From the NCBI GenBank assembly GCA_002215675.1, contig NGFH01000011.1:9007-73006 (forward strand): a stretch of DNA of 64,000 nucleotides. Reading direction: 5' to 3'. The position numbers were made by a program, and so were the translations under genes. Below, in pieces: positions 10,795-19,483 of this stretch (position 1 is its first letter; each line of letters opens with the position of its first letter). The notes beneath the pieces are model-generated. The model did no database searches, was not told the origin of the DNA, and worked only from the letters and a program-made list of their open reading frames with translations. Source of the stretch: Bacteroidetes bacterium 2013_40CM_41_45 (lineage in GTDB: Bacteria > Bacteroidota > Bacteroidia > AKYH767-A > 2013-40CM-41-45).

Positions 10795-11187
10795 TTAATT
10801 AATGGTTAGATGAATCTCGCTTAGCTCTTTTCCTATTTCGTTTAACCCTTCAATTATTTTTTCTGTTTGTTGTGTAGAAGGTTTTTTTCTGCCCTGCACA
10901 TATTGAGAAAGTAATGTAGGATTCATGCCTATTCTTTCAGCAAGAAACTTTGCATTAATCACACGATAGTATTGAAAGAACTGTTTCAAATCTATTTCCA
11001 AAGCAATTTGTTTCGGAGATATTTTTCTTCCCTCATCTTCAAAATAAAAGTTAAGAGCTTCAAGAATATTTTTCTTGAGTTCTGCAAATGTTTTTCCGGT
11101 TGTGTAAACTTCGTGGTCTTGAGCAAAAGCTGAAAAACCAGTACGCGTTTTTTCAACTATTACCTTTATGTTTTTGTCTTTTATCAC
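10795..11187 (-). CDS. hicB: HicB-like antitoxin with C-terminal XRE HTH
   Basis: VIVEKTRTGFSAF..TTGKTFAELKKNILEAL N-domain; LAERIGMNPTLLSQYVQG HTH; overlaps hicA stop. Confidence 0.8.
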   Translation of the reverse strand: MIKDKNIKVIVEKTRTGFSAFAQDHEVYTTGKTFAELKKNILEALNFYFEDEGRKISPKQIALEIDLKQFFQYYRVINAKFLAERIGMNPTLLSQYVQGRKKPSTQQTEKIIEGLNEIGKELSEIHLTIN

Positions 11188-11369
11188 CTTTTGATATTAG
11201 CCATTTTTAAAATCTTTTTTTCTAATCCTTTGCCGACTTCTTGTGAGCCGTGCAATGGGAACACTATTATTTTCCCAGACGCATGTTTCATTTTTACATG
11301 CGAACCTTTTTGCGATACCGGAGTCCAACCATGTTGAATTAGCAGCCGGTACAGTTCATTGGATTTCAT
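11184..11369 (-). CDS. hicA: HicA mRNA interferase toxin
   Basis: 61 aa; GW..SQKGSHVKMKH..VFPLHG..GKGLEKKILK. Confidence 0.9.
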   Translation of the reverse strand: MKSNELYRLLIQHGWTPVSQKGSHVKMKHASGKIIVFPLHGSQEVGKGLEKKILKMANIKR

Positions 11370-11485
11370 GTTTCAGTGATTTCTGTTTTTTTGTTTTGAG
11401 TTTTCATAACCATAAGATTTTCATTAATCTGTCACTCCCACCCGACAGACAATGGGTGCATATATACTTACCGCATATATTTCTG

Positions 11486-11508
11486 CAAAGGTAAATAATT
11501 ATTTACCT
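11486..11508 (-). promoter_or_regulatory. hicAB promoter -7 box overlapped by a perfect 20-bp palindrome (probable operator)
   Basis: AGGTAAATAA|TTATTTACCT at 11489-11508; minus-strand TACCTTTG at 11486-11493. Confidence 0.7.
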
Positions 11509-11680
11509 GAAGTCAAGAAAAATCTTTCTTTTTTATAGGGTTTATAGCCTTCCAGTACCTAAACCCGATTGAGGGAGCTCCGCGACCTGAAAGCGGGCAG
11601 GGAGGGGGTGAGAATTACCTCCGGTTTGTTTCCAAAAAATTATCATTTCTCCTCGTATTTTGTGGAACGTAAATTTATTC

Positions 11681-11688
11681 TACATTTG
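11681..11688 (+). promoter_or_regulatory. -7 element of the rplM operon promoter
   Basis: TACATTTG 45 bp upstream of the rplM start. Confidence 0.65.
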
Positions 11689-11733
11689 CGTCCCCTTTAA
11701 AAAATCAGTCATCAATCAATAAGAAGTAAAAAA

Positions 11734-12180
11734 GTGGCTAAAATCAGTTATAAAACCGTTTCGGCTAATAATAAAACGGTAGACAAAAAGTGGCTTTTAG
11801 TGGATGTTGCCGGGCAACCGCTGGGAAGAATCACTTCATTTATAGCAGGTCGCCTGCGCGGCAAGCATAAAACCAACTATACTCCTCATGTGGATTGCGG
11901 GGATAATGTGGTGGTTATTAATGCCGAAAAAGTAAAGCTTACGGGAAAAAAAATGTCGGACAAACAGTATATTTCCTATACCGGCTATCCGGGCGGTCAG
12001 CGTTTTGCAACGCCTAAAGAGCTTCTGCAAAAACACCCCGAAAGAATTATTGAATATGCCGTGAAAGGAATGCTTCCCAAGAATCGTTTGGGGCGCGTAA
12101 TGTTCACCAACCTGCATGTTTATACCGGCACCGAGCATCCTCATGCCGCTCAAAAACCGGAAACGGTTTCTCCCAACTAA
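11734..12180 (+). CDS. rplM: 50S ribosomal protein L13
   Basis: LGR..LRGKHK..YTPHVDCGD..VKGMLPKN..HPHAAQKP. Confidence 0.98.
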   Translation: MAKISYKTVSANNKTVDKKWLLVDVAGQPLGRITSFIAGRLRGKHKTNYTPHVDCGDNVVVINAEKVKLTGKKMSDKQYISYTGYPGGQRFATPKELLQKHPERIIEYAVKGMLPKNRLGRVMFTNLHVYTGTEHPHAAQKPETVSPN

Positions 12181-12202
12181 TCTTCATATTAAAAAATTAT
12201 AA

Positions 12203-12634
12203 ATGGAAGTAACAAGTAAAATACAAGGAACCAGGTCCACCACAAAGGATGGAATAGTTCACACCATAGGAAGAAGAAAAACTTCAGTCGCCCGCGTTTA
12301 CGTTAAGAGCGGTGGCGGACAAATTACCGTCAACCAAAAGGACTACAAAAATTATTTCCCTACTCCGCAGCTTCAGAATATTCTGAACCAGGCGCAGCAG
12401 ACTGTAAATGTTGCCGAGCAGTACGATGTAACCGTTACTGTTGAAGGCGGTGGCATCACCGGGCAGGCAGAGGCAATCCGCCTCGGCATAAGCCGCGCAC
12501 TGGTCATCATTAATCCTGAAAACAAACCGGCACTTAAATCAAAAGGATTCATTACACGCGACTCACGCATGGTGGAACGCAAAAAGCCGGGACAGAAAAA
12601 AGCACGCAAGCGCTTCCAGTTCAGCAAACGTTAA
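12203..12634 (+). CDS. rpsI: 30S ribosomal protein S9
   Basis: GRRKTSVARV..GGGITGQAEAIRLG..RDSRMVERKK..QFSKR. Confidence 0.98.
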   Translation: MEVTSKIQGTRSTTKDGIVHTIGRRKTSVARVYVKSGGGQITVNQKDYKNYFPTPQLQNILNQAQQTVNVAEQYDVTVTVEGGGITGQAEAIRLGISRALVIINPENKPALKSKGFITRDSRMVERKKPGQKKARKRFQFSKR

Positions 12635-12685
12635 TCTTCAAAATTTATATTAACCAGAAACAAGAAACCAGTAACCCGAAACCTA

Positions 12686-13570
12686 ATGCCCATAGTTGAA
12701 TACCAAACCCTGCTTGATTCCGGAGCGCACTTCGGACATATGAAAAGCAAATGGAACCCTCGCATGGCTCCTTACATTTTTATGGAAGCCAAAGGAATCC
12801 ATATCATAGACCTGAATAAAACCATCGCCAAGATGGAAGAAGCAGCTGCTGCATTAAAGCAGATTGCCAAGTCGGGAAAGAAAATATTATTCGTTGCCAC
12901 CAAGAAGCAGGCAAAGGATGTGATGACTGCAAGCGCCCAGAAAACAGGAATGCCTTACATCACCGAGCGCTGGCCGGGCGGAATGCTTACCAATTTCTCC
13001 ACCATCCGCAAGTCGGTGAAGAAGATGAACAGCATTGAGAAAATGAAAACAGACGGAACGTTTGACAACATCTCCAAGAAAGAGCGCCTTCAGCTGACAC
13101 GTATGAAACTGAAAATGGAAAAGTTCCTTGGAAGCATTTCAGACTTGAACCGTCTTCCGGCTGCATTGTTTGTGGTCGACATCAAGAAAGAACACATTGC
13201 AATTGCTGAGGCGAGAAAGCTTAACATACCTACCATTGCGATTACCGATACCAATACGGACCCGACCACTGTTGATTTCCCAATCCCGGCAAACGATGAT
13301 GCAACCAAAGGCATTACGGTGATTGTTGAAGCGCTCTCCAGGGCGATTGAAGAAGGTCTTGCTGAAAGAAAGACAGACCGGGAAATGGATAAAGACCGTG
13401 AAGGAGGAGAAGAGGGGGAAACAACAGACGCAATGAAAGAATTTGTTGTGGATGAGGACGAAGAAGTTGTAAAAGTAGTTGCTCCGAAAAAAGCACCCCG
13501 TGGCGCTAACCTACGTCCCCGTAGAGGCGGAAGTGCCGGTGGCGCAAGGAAACCGGGAGGGAATAATTGA
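12686..13570 (+). CDS. rpsB: 30S ribosomal protein S2
   Basis: GAHFGH..WNPRM..HIIDL..RWPGGMLTN..DTN.DP..IPANDDA. Confidence 0.98.
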   Translation: MPIVEYQTLLDSGAHFGHMKSKWNPRMAPYIFMEAKGIHIIDLNKTIAKMEEAAAALKQIAKSGKKILFVATKKQAKDVMTASAQKTGMPYITERWPGGMLTNFSTIRKSVKKMNSIEKMKTDGTFDNISKKERLQLTRMKLKMEKFLGSISDLNRLPAALFVVDIKKEHIAIAEARKLNIPTIAITDTNTDPTTVDFPIPANDDATKGITVIVEALSRAIEEGLAERKTDREMDKDREGGEEGETTDAMKEFVVDEDEEVVKVVAPKKAPRGANLRPRRGGSAGGARKPGGNN

Positions 13571-13665
13571 TTAGTTAATTAAGGTAACTAAGTTAATTGA
13601 GGTAATTAGGGAAAAGATTTTTAACTTAATTGACTTAATTATCTCAATCAACTCAATTAACTTCT
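13571..13665. repeat. Imperfect 9-10-bp-period repeats arranged as a long inverted repeat
   Basis: AGTTAATTAAGGTAACTAAGTTAATTGAGGTAATT mirrored by TTAATTGACTTAATTATCTCAATCAACTCAATTAACT. Confidence 0.65.
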
Positions 13666-13702
13666 AAATTAGAATTACTAAAGTAAAATAGAAAGAACAT
13701 AC

Positions 13703-14539
13703 ATGAGTACATTAACCATAACATCAGCCGATGTAAATAAGCTGCGCCAGCAAACCGGTGCCGGCATGATGGATTGCAAAAAGGCGCTGATGGAAGCCAA
13801 CGGTGACTTTGAAGCCGCTATTGACTACCTGCGCAAAAAAGGACAGAAGGTTGCTGCAAACCGTTCGGACAAAGAAGCAAAAGAAGGATATGTTTACGCA
13901 CGCACCACCGCAGACGGAAAACGCGGAGCTATTATCATGATCAACTGCGAAACCGATTTTGTTGCCAAGAACGATGACTTTATAAAATTGGGAGAGTCTA
14001 TTCTCAACGTTGCTTTGGAAAAAAATCCGAAGAGTGTTGACGATTTGAAAGCCCAGGTTCTTGATGGAAAAACCATTACAGATTTGCTCTTCGACCAGAT
14101 TGGAAAAATTGGGGAGAAGATTGAGCTTTCAAAATATGAATCGCTGGAAGCGGCTAAAGTGGTTGTGTACAATCACCCGGGAAACAGGCTTTCTACTGTT
14201 GTAGCGTTTAATGCTGTTTCAGTCAGTGACGAAACAGGAAAAGATGTTGCTATGCAAGTGGCAGCAATGGCTCCCGTTGCTGTTGACAAAGACGATGTTG
14301 ACAAAACCATGCTGGAGCGCGAATTGGAAATAGGCAGGGAGCAGGCGCGCAACGAAGGCAAACCTGAAGCAATGATTGAAAAAATTGCACAGGGAAAACT
14401 GAACAAGTTTTACAACGAGAGCACGTTGCTGAACCAGACCTTTATCAAAGACGAAAAGAAAACGATTCGCCAGTTGCTGAAGGACACTGACCCGGCATTG
14501 ACGGTAACAGCATTCAGGAGATATAAGTTAGGAAACTAA
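13703..14539 (+). CDS. tsf: Elongation factor Ts
   Basis: LRQQTGAGMMDCKKAL, NCETDFVAKN, AMQVAAM. Confidence 0.98.
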   Translation: MSTLTITSADVNKLRQQTGAGMMDCKKALMEANGDFEAAIDYLRKKGQKVAANRSDKEAKEGYVYARTTADGKRGAIIMINCETDFVAKNDDFIKLGESILNVALEKNPKSVDDLKAQVLDGKTITDLLFDQIGKIGEKIELSKYESLEAAKVVVYNHPGNRLSTVVAFNAVSVSDETGKDVAMQVAAMAPVAVDKDDVDKTMLERELEIGREQARNEGKPEAMIEKIAQGKLNKFYNESTLLNQTFIKDEKKTIRQLLKDTDPALTVTAFRRYKLGN

Positions 14540-14561
14540 GAATAGAAAAGAGAGAGACAAA

Positions 14562-15104
14562 ATGTTCTCTCTTTTTTTTTGTAGTTTTCGTGCGGAAAAA
14601 CGCAAGGTGACGAACATAGATATACTTGTAGACAAGATTATTCCTTATCCCGCTGACCATTCGCACCGAAATGGATTCAATAATGAGCCAATCATTGACG
14701 GACTCTCTTCTGAAGAGAAAATTCAAGTTGAGAATGCTCTTTTAAATAAGCTAAACGAACATCCACAGGACCTTCTTATTGTTGAGGCTTTGGCTTACAT
14801 GAAATCTGAAAAATCTCTTAAACGACTTCATGGACTTTTAGAAGAAGCAAAAAGAGTTCAGGCTAAAATAATTATTGCATCTTGCATATATGAAATATCA
14901 AAGGAAGACAGAATGCGAGAAATAGTATACGAGGGAGCAAAGACAATTACAGAAAAATATAGCTTAATAGGAATGCTCTATTACATGGCAAAAATGAGAG
15001 ACACAAGAATTAATGAGCTTATTGTAGAACATTCAAAGAGCGCTGACTATTTGATTTCATACAATGCAAAAAGATATCTTGGATTGTTCAATAAAGTCCT
15101 ATAA
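14562..15104 (+). CDS. Hypothetical helical (HEAT-like) protein between tsf and pyrH; start uncertain
   Basis: About 165-180-aa AT-rich ORF, no recognised motif. Confidence 0.55.
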   Translation: MFSLFFCSFRAEKRKVTNIDILVDKIIPYPADHSHRNGFNNEPIIDGLSSEEKIQVENALLNKLNEHPQDLLIVEALAYMKSEKSLKRLHGLLEEAKRVQAKIIIASCIYEISKEDRMREIVYEGAKTITEKYSLIGMLYYMAKMRDTRINELIVEHSKSADYLISYNAKRYLGLFNKVL

Positions 15105-15133
15105 CATATAACTAATAACGTATAATCTAACAC

Positions 15134-15847
15134 ATGAAATACAAACGCATCCTTCTCAAACTCAGCGGTGAATCGCTCATGGGCGATAAGCAATTTGGTA
15201 TTGACAATAAAAAATTATCGGAGTATGCCGAAGAAATAAAAGCGGTAGTTGATAAGGGAGTGCAGGTTGCTGTTGTTATAGGAGGAGGAAATATTTTTCG
15301 TGGAGTTCAGCCGGACAGCGATGGCGAAGTGATTGACCGCGTTCAGGGCGATTACATGGGAATGCTTGCCACAGTAATCAACAGCATGGCGTTGCAGAGT
15401 GCGCTGGAACACATAGGCATTAACACCCGGTTGCAGTCAGCCATAAAGATGGAGCAGATTTGCGAGCCGTACATCAAGCGAAGAGCTGTAAGGCATTTGG
15501 AAAAGGGTAGGGTAGTCATCTTCGGTGCTGGAACAGGTAATCCGTATTTCACAACCGACACGGCTGCATCGCTGCGCGCAATAGAAATAAGCGCTGATGT
15601 GATTCTGAAAGGCACACGCGTAGACGGTATTTATTCTGCCGACCCTGAAAAAGATTCTTCAGCCACAAAATATTCTACCATCACTTTTGACGAGGTTTAT
15701 AAAAAAGGGCTTCGTGTTATGGACCTTACTGCCTTCACACTTTGTAATGAAAACAAGCTGCCTATTATTGTTTTCGATATGAATAAAAAGAACAACCTGG
15801 TGAAAGTAATAAGTGGTGAACAGGTAGGAACCTTGGTGGAAGTATAG
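15134..15847 (+). CDS. pyrH: UMP kinase
   Basis: [43 protein letters not shown]. Confidence 0.98.
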   Translation: MKYKRILLKLSGESLMGDKQFGIDNKKLSEYAEEIKAVVDKGVQVAVVIGGGNIFRGVQPDSDGEVIDRVQGDYMGMLATVINSMALQSALEHIGINTRLQSAIKMEQICEPYIKRRAVRHLEKGRVVIFGAGTGNPYFTTDTAASLRAIEISADVILKGTRVDGIYSADPEKDSSATKYSTITFDEVYKKGLRVMDLTAFTLCNENKLPIIVFDMNKKNNLVKVISGEQVGTLVEV

Positions 15848-15882
15848 TCCCTAAAAAATTGGTAGTGTTTCAGTTTAAATAG

Positions 15883-15980
15883 CTTAGTGAAACTTAGTGA
15901 CTTAGTGACTTAGTGTCTTTGTGGCTAATCTTTTAATGTTTCTTGCCACCAAGTCACAAAGACACCAAGAAAGCACAAAG
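15883..15980. repeat. 8-bp tandem repeats (CTTAGTGA) with an inverted counterpart
   Basis: CTTAGTGA-CTTAGTGA-CTTAGTGT-CTTTGTGGC followed by GCCACCAAGTCACAAAGACACCAAG. Confidence 0.7.
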
Positions 15981-16019
15981 AAAAAAATCAAAGTCCATTA
16001 TCTAAATGATGCGCTTTAT

Positions 16020-17927
16020 TTATATCTGCTCACTCAACTCCAGCCACCTGAAAGATTTTTCATCCAGCAAATTAATCACCTCTTGGTACCTTTTACCCCA
16101 CTGTGTCAGTTCATCATTCCCGCCCAAACCTGAGTTCAATTTCTCATTCAGCTCTTGTTTTTCCTCTTCCAATGCAGCCATCTCTTTCTCCAACAGCTCC
16201 AATTCAAACTTTTCCTTGAAGCTCAGTTTTCTTTTCTCCTCTGCTTTTTTCTCCGCAATCTTTACGGCAGACTTTTCATTTTTCTGCTTCTGCTCCTCAG
16301 CTTTCTCCTGTGCCTCTTTCTTTTCCCTCCATTCAGAATACGTTCCGTTAAAGTCAGCCACCTTACCGTCTCCTTCAAAAACAAAAAGATGGTCCACCAG
16401 CTTATTCATAAAATAGCGGTCGTGTGAAACAACCAGCAGGCAACCCTTATAATTCAGGAGAAATTCTTCAAGGATATTCAGTGTAATTAAATCAAGGTCA
16501 TTGGTAGGCTCGTCCAGTATAAGGAAGTTCGGATTTTTTATCAGCACGGTCAGCAGATACAACCTTCTTTTTTCTCCACCGCTCAGCTTCGACACAAATG
16601 TATATTGCATCTCAGGCGCAAACTGAAACCTCGTCAGGAAAGACGAAGCCGTCACCTTTGATCCGTCTGCCATAGTAATTACATCGGCAATTTCCTTCAC
16701 CACTTCAATCACTCGCTTGTCATCCTTCAGCTTTATTCCCTGCTGGGAATAGTAACCGAAGATGACCGTATCGCCCACATTTATCTTTCCTGAATCAGCC
16801 GGTTCAAGTCCGGTGATAAGATTGAGGAACGTAGTTTTCCCCGAACCATTCTGTCCAACGATACCAATCCGTTCGCCCGTTTTAAAAGTATAATCGAAGC
16901 CCTTCAGTAGTTTCAAATCACCATAACCCTTATACACCTTTTTCATTTCAAGCACTTTGCCGCCAATGCGGTTCATCTTAATGTCCAGTGAAAGCGTTTC
17001 CTCCTTCTTCTTTCCCCCGGCCTTCTCCTTTAAATCCTCAAACGCTTCAAGCCTGGCTTTGCTCTTAGTACGTCTCGCCTTCGGCATCCTGCGAACCCAT
17101 TCCAGCTCTGTGCGCATAAGGTTACGTGCCTTATCCGTTTCGCGACTTTCATTGAATTCCCGTTCAGCTTTCTTCTTAACAAAATAAGAATAATTGCCCT
17201 GGTAGGAATATAAATCCCCGTTTTCAATTTCAATTATTTCATCACATAAATTATCGAGAAAGTAACGGTCGTGAGTGACTAAGAGCAATGTCATGGACGA
17301 TTGCGAAAGAAACTCCTCCAGCCATTCCACCATGTCAATATCCAGGTGGTTGGTCGGCTCATCGAGCAAAAGAAAATCTGGCTGGTCAATCAGCGCATGC
17401 GCCAGCGCAAGCCGTTTTATCTGTCCGCCCGAAAGCTCTTTTATCTTTTGGTCGAAATTATGAATGCGAAAAGTAGAAAGCACTTGCTTGATGCGCGATT
17501 CATAATCCCATGCATTCGATTCATCCATGCGCGCAGTCGCCAGCTCAAGTTCGGTTTGAAGTTTGAAGTTTGAGGTTTGAGGTTGATGGTCCCTGCTCAT
17601 CTCGTATTCAGCAAGGCAGCGTTCGTATTCGCGAACGACTTTGAGAATTGGAAGGTCAGAATGAAAAGCCGATTCAAACACCGTGCTCTCAGGCGGAAAT
17701 ACAGGATTCTGGTCCAGGTACGAAACGCGAATATCCTTTCTAAGCGTCACCTTGCCACGGTCAGGTACATCCTGCCCCACCAGTATCTTCATCAGCGTGC
17801 TTTTGCCGGTGCCGTTTTTAGCAACCAGCGCCACCTTCTGCCCCTGCTCTATTCCAAAGCTGATGCCCTCAAACAAAATTTTCTCCCCATAATTTTTTGA
17901 CAGATTTTCAACTGAAAGCAGATTCAT
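16020..17927 (-). CDS. ABC-F family ATPase (Uup-like)
   Basis: Two ABC domains (NGTGKST/LSGGQ/LLDEPTNHLD; NGSGKTT/LSGGE/LDEPTNDLD), no TM, coiled-coil C-terminus; start at MNLLSVENL. Confidence 0.93.
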   Translation of the reverse strand: MNLLSVENLSKNYGEKILFEGISFGIEQGQKVALVAKNGTGKSTLMKILVGQDVPDRGKVTLRKDIRVSYLDQNPVFPPESTVFESAFHSDLPILKVVREYERCLAEYEMSRDHQPQTSNFKLQTELELATARMDESNAWDYESRIKQVLSTFRIHNFDQKIKELSGGQIKRLALAHALIDQPDFLLLDEPTNHLDIDMVEWLEEFLSQSSMTLLLVTHDRYFLDNLCDEIIEIENGDLYSYQGNYSYFVKKKAEREFNESRETDKARNLMRTELEWVRRMPKARRTKSKARLEAFEDLKEKAGGKKKEETLSLDIKMNRIGGKVLEMKKVYKGYGDLKLLKGFDYTFKTGERIGIVGQNGSGKTTFLNLITGLEPADSGKINVGDTVIFGYYSQQGIKLKDDKRVIEVVKEIADVITMADGSKVTASSFLTRFQFAPEMQYTFVSKLSGGEKRRLYLLTVLIKNPNFLILDEPTNDLDLITLNILEEFLLNYKGCLLVVSHDRYFMNKLVDHLFVFEGDGKVADFNGTYSEWREKKEAQEKAEEQKQKNEKSAVKIAEKKAEEKRKLSFKEKFELELLEKEMAALEEEKQELNEKLNSGLGGNDELTQWGKRYQEVINLLDEKSFRWLELSEQI

Positions 17928-17960
17928 GTGGTGAAGATATACTTCGCAAAAAAACCAGAA

Positions 17961-17984
17961 AGCCCACCATTTAAATGGTGGGCT
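17961..17984 (-). terminator. Intrinsic terminator after the tRNA-3'-like scar
   Basis: AGCCCACCATTT-AAATGGTGGGCT hairpin followed on the minus strand by TTCTGGTTTTTTT. Confidence 0.6.
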
Positions 17985-17994
17985 GGTGTTTGTT

Positions 17995-18108
17995 GCTCCC
18001 CCTATAATACGATTCTCGAACCAATTCAAGCACGATTTGTTGAAAATTTATGAATTAAAACCATTTTTGGAGGTGCGAATGATAGATTTCCCTCGTGTTG
18101 GTTATTAA
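17995..18108 (+). repeat. att-like junction copy 1 (tRNA 3' remnant plus headless recombinase-tail-like peptide)
   Basis: Direct repeat of 32978-33085; minus strand reads GGTTCGAGA..GGGGGAGCA; plus strand encodes APPIIRFSNQFKHDLLKIYELKPFLEVRMIDF. Confidence 0.6.
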
Positions 18109-18413
18109 ACTACAAGTTTGTATCCCACGCCCACAACCGTATAAATTGTATCCTCGCCAAGTTTTTTTCGGATGTGCCGTATATAAACATCAATGGAACG
18201 GGCGCCTGATTTTATTTCACGATTCCAGATAGCATTGGAAATTTCGCTACGGGTAAAAACTTTTCCCGGCTTTGATGCAAGGAGAATGAGCAATTCAAAT
18301 TCTTTACGTGGAAATGTGAATGATTTTTCGTCTTTAAAAACAAGGTAACTTTCTTTGTCAACAAAAAATTTACCGTTCTGTACTTGTCCGTTCATGCCGA
18401 TAATATCTTTCAT
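18105..18413 (-). CDS. Stand-alone OmpR/PhoB winged-helix DNA-binding protein, no receiver domain
   Basis: KEFELL..LASKPGKVFTR..RSIDVYI..IRKKLG..TVVGVGYK; homologous to the C-half of 32132..32821. Confidence 0.8.
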   Translation of the reverse strand: MKDIIGMNGQVQNGKFFVDKESYLVFKDEKSFTFPRKEFELLILLASKPGKVFTRSEISNAIWNREIKSGARSIDVYIRHIRKKLGEDTIYTVVGVGYKLVV

Positions 18414-18602
18414 ACAGAATCGAAAAATATTCTAAGAGCGTAAACACAAGTTTAAGTAAATGTAAAACTTGTATTAAAAGTAGGGGCGCGTCAAGGGTAC
18501 TGTGAGTTTAAATTTTAACGTAAATTTAATATGTCAATGCTTAAATCTAAAAAAACCCCCCGCAAGGGAGCGGGACGGTTGGGGAAAAGGCAAAAAGAAA
18601 AA

Positions 18603-19349
18603 TTACCGGATAACTGATATTCTTGTTGATTGTGTTTCACCCCCTGAATTAATATGGACTATATATAATCCGCTTTCAAATTGCGACAGGTTAAGATTAA
18701 CTTTATGGGGGCCGGACAGATATTCTGAGGGGTTGGTTTCATAAATTGTTTTCCCTGTAATGTCATGTACCGAAATAGTGAGCTGGCTTTTCACAGCAAG
18801 AGAAAATTCAATCACAGCATTTTCGGTTACAGGGTTAGGATAAACACGTGTTACGATTTTATTATAATCTGCATCCGCGATTCCGCTGGGAATACAATCG
18901 ACTATTTTCACGGAACATACATCGCCATTCAAATAAGCAATCACAGAACTTAAATCAGAGGCGCAAAACTGCGCGCCTGTAAGATTGGTAAAGCGAACTT
19001 TTACCAGGGGCGTATCGTTCGTAATTGTTTGCAGACTGTATGAAGTATAATAGAGTGTGGTGTCAATCGCAAGGTTCGAGGTAATTTGTAAATAACCTGC
19101 CAGCTTTATAATAGTGTCAAAAACGAAATCTGTTGTATTATACTTCATAGAAAAGTCAACTGCATTAATCGTATCATTTGATATAAAGTAAACGGGAAAC
19201 TCAACATACCCACTTGCTTCAATTGCGTTTGACAAATCAAATACCACGGAATCCTGGGCATCTATAGTATTTATATCTCTTGATGCATCCTGAGCAAAAG
19301 TGACGCTTCCGGTAAAAAGAATTATCAATGCGAGTATATATTTTTTCAT
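18603..19349 (-). CDS. Secreted single cohesin-like domain + T9SS type-A CTD
   Basis: Signal peptide MKKYILAL; domain aligns with the last domain of 19484..22675; VYPNPV..DITGK..SGLYIV CTD. Confidence 0.75.
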   Translation of the reverse strand: MKKYILALIILFTGSVTFAQDASRDINTIDAQDSVVFDLSNAIEASGYVEFPVYFISNDTINAVDFSMKYNTTDFVFDTIIKLAGYLQITSNLAIDTTLYYTSYSLQTITNDTPLVKVRFTNLTGAQFCASDLSSVIAYLNGDVCSVKIVDCIPSGIADADYNKIVTRVYPNPVTENAVIEFSLAVKSQLTISVHDITGKTIYETNPSEYLSGPHKVNLNLSQFESGLYIVHINSGGETQSTRISVIR

Positions 19350-19440
19350 GTGATTTGATTTTGATGTTGCAAAACTGCACGGATTAATCACAACGGGTGT
19401 AATCCGTGAATTATGATTGTATTAACTTTATGTAACAACA

Positions 19441-19468
19441 AAGCCCACCGTTTAAACGATGGGCTTTG
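19441..19468. terminator. Hairpin/terminator after the 1063-aa gene
   Basis: AAGCCCACCGTTT-AAACGATGGGCTT, same family as hairpins at 17961 and 32941. Confidence 0.55.
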
Positions 19469-19483
19469 CTTATACAGGAATTT

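Noticed and set aside
17995-18025. Intact tRNA gene at the att-like scars
   Set aside because: Only T-loop and acceptor-end-like pieces are present; no D-arm or anticodon arm can be folded.
17928-18029. N-terminal extension of the ABC-F ORF in the ORF track
   Set aside because: It runs through the terminator and att-like scar; the real start fits MNLLSVENL at 17927.
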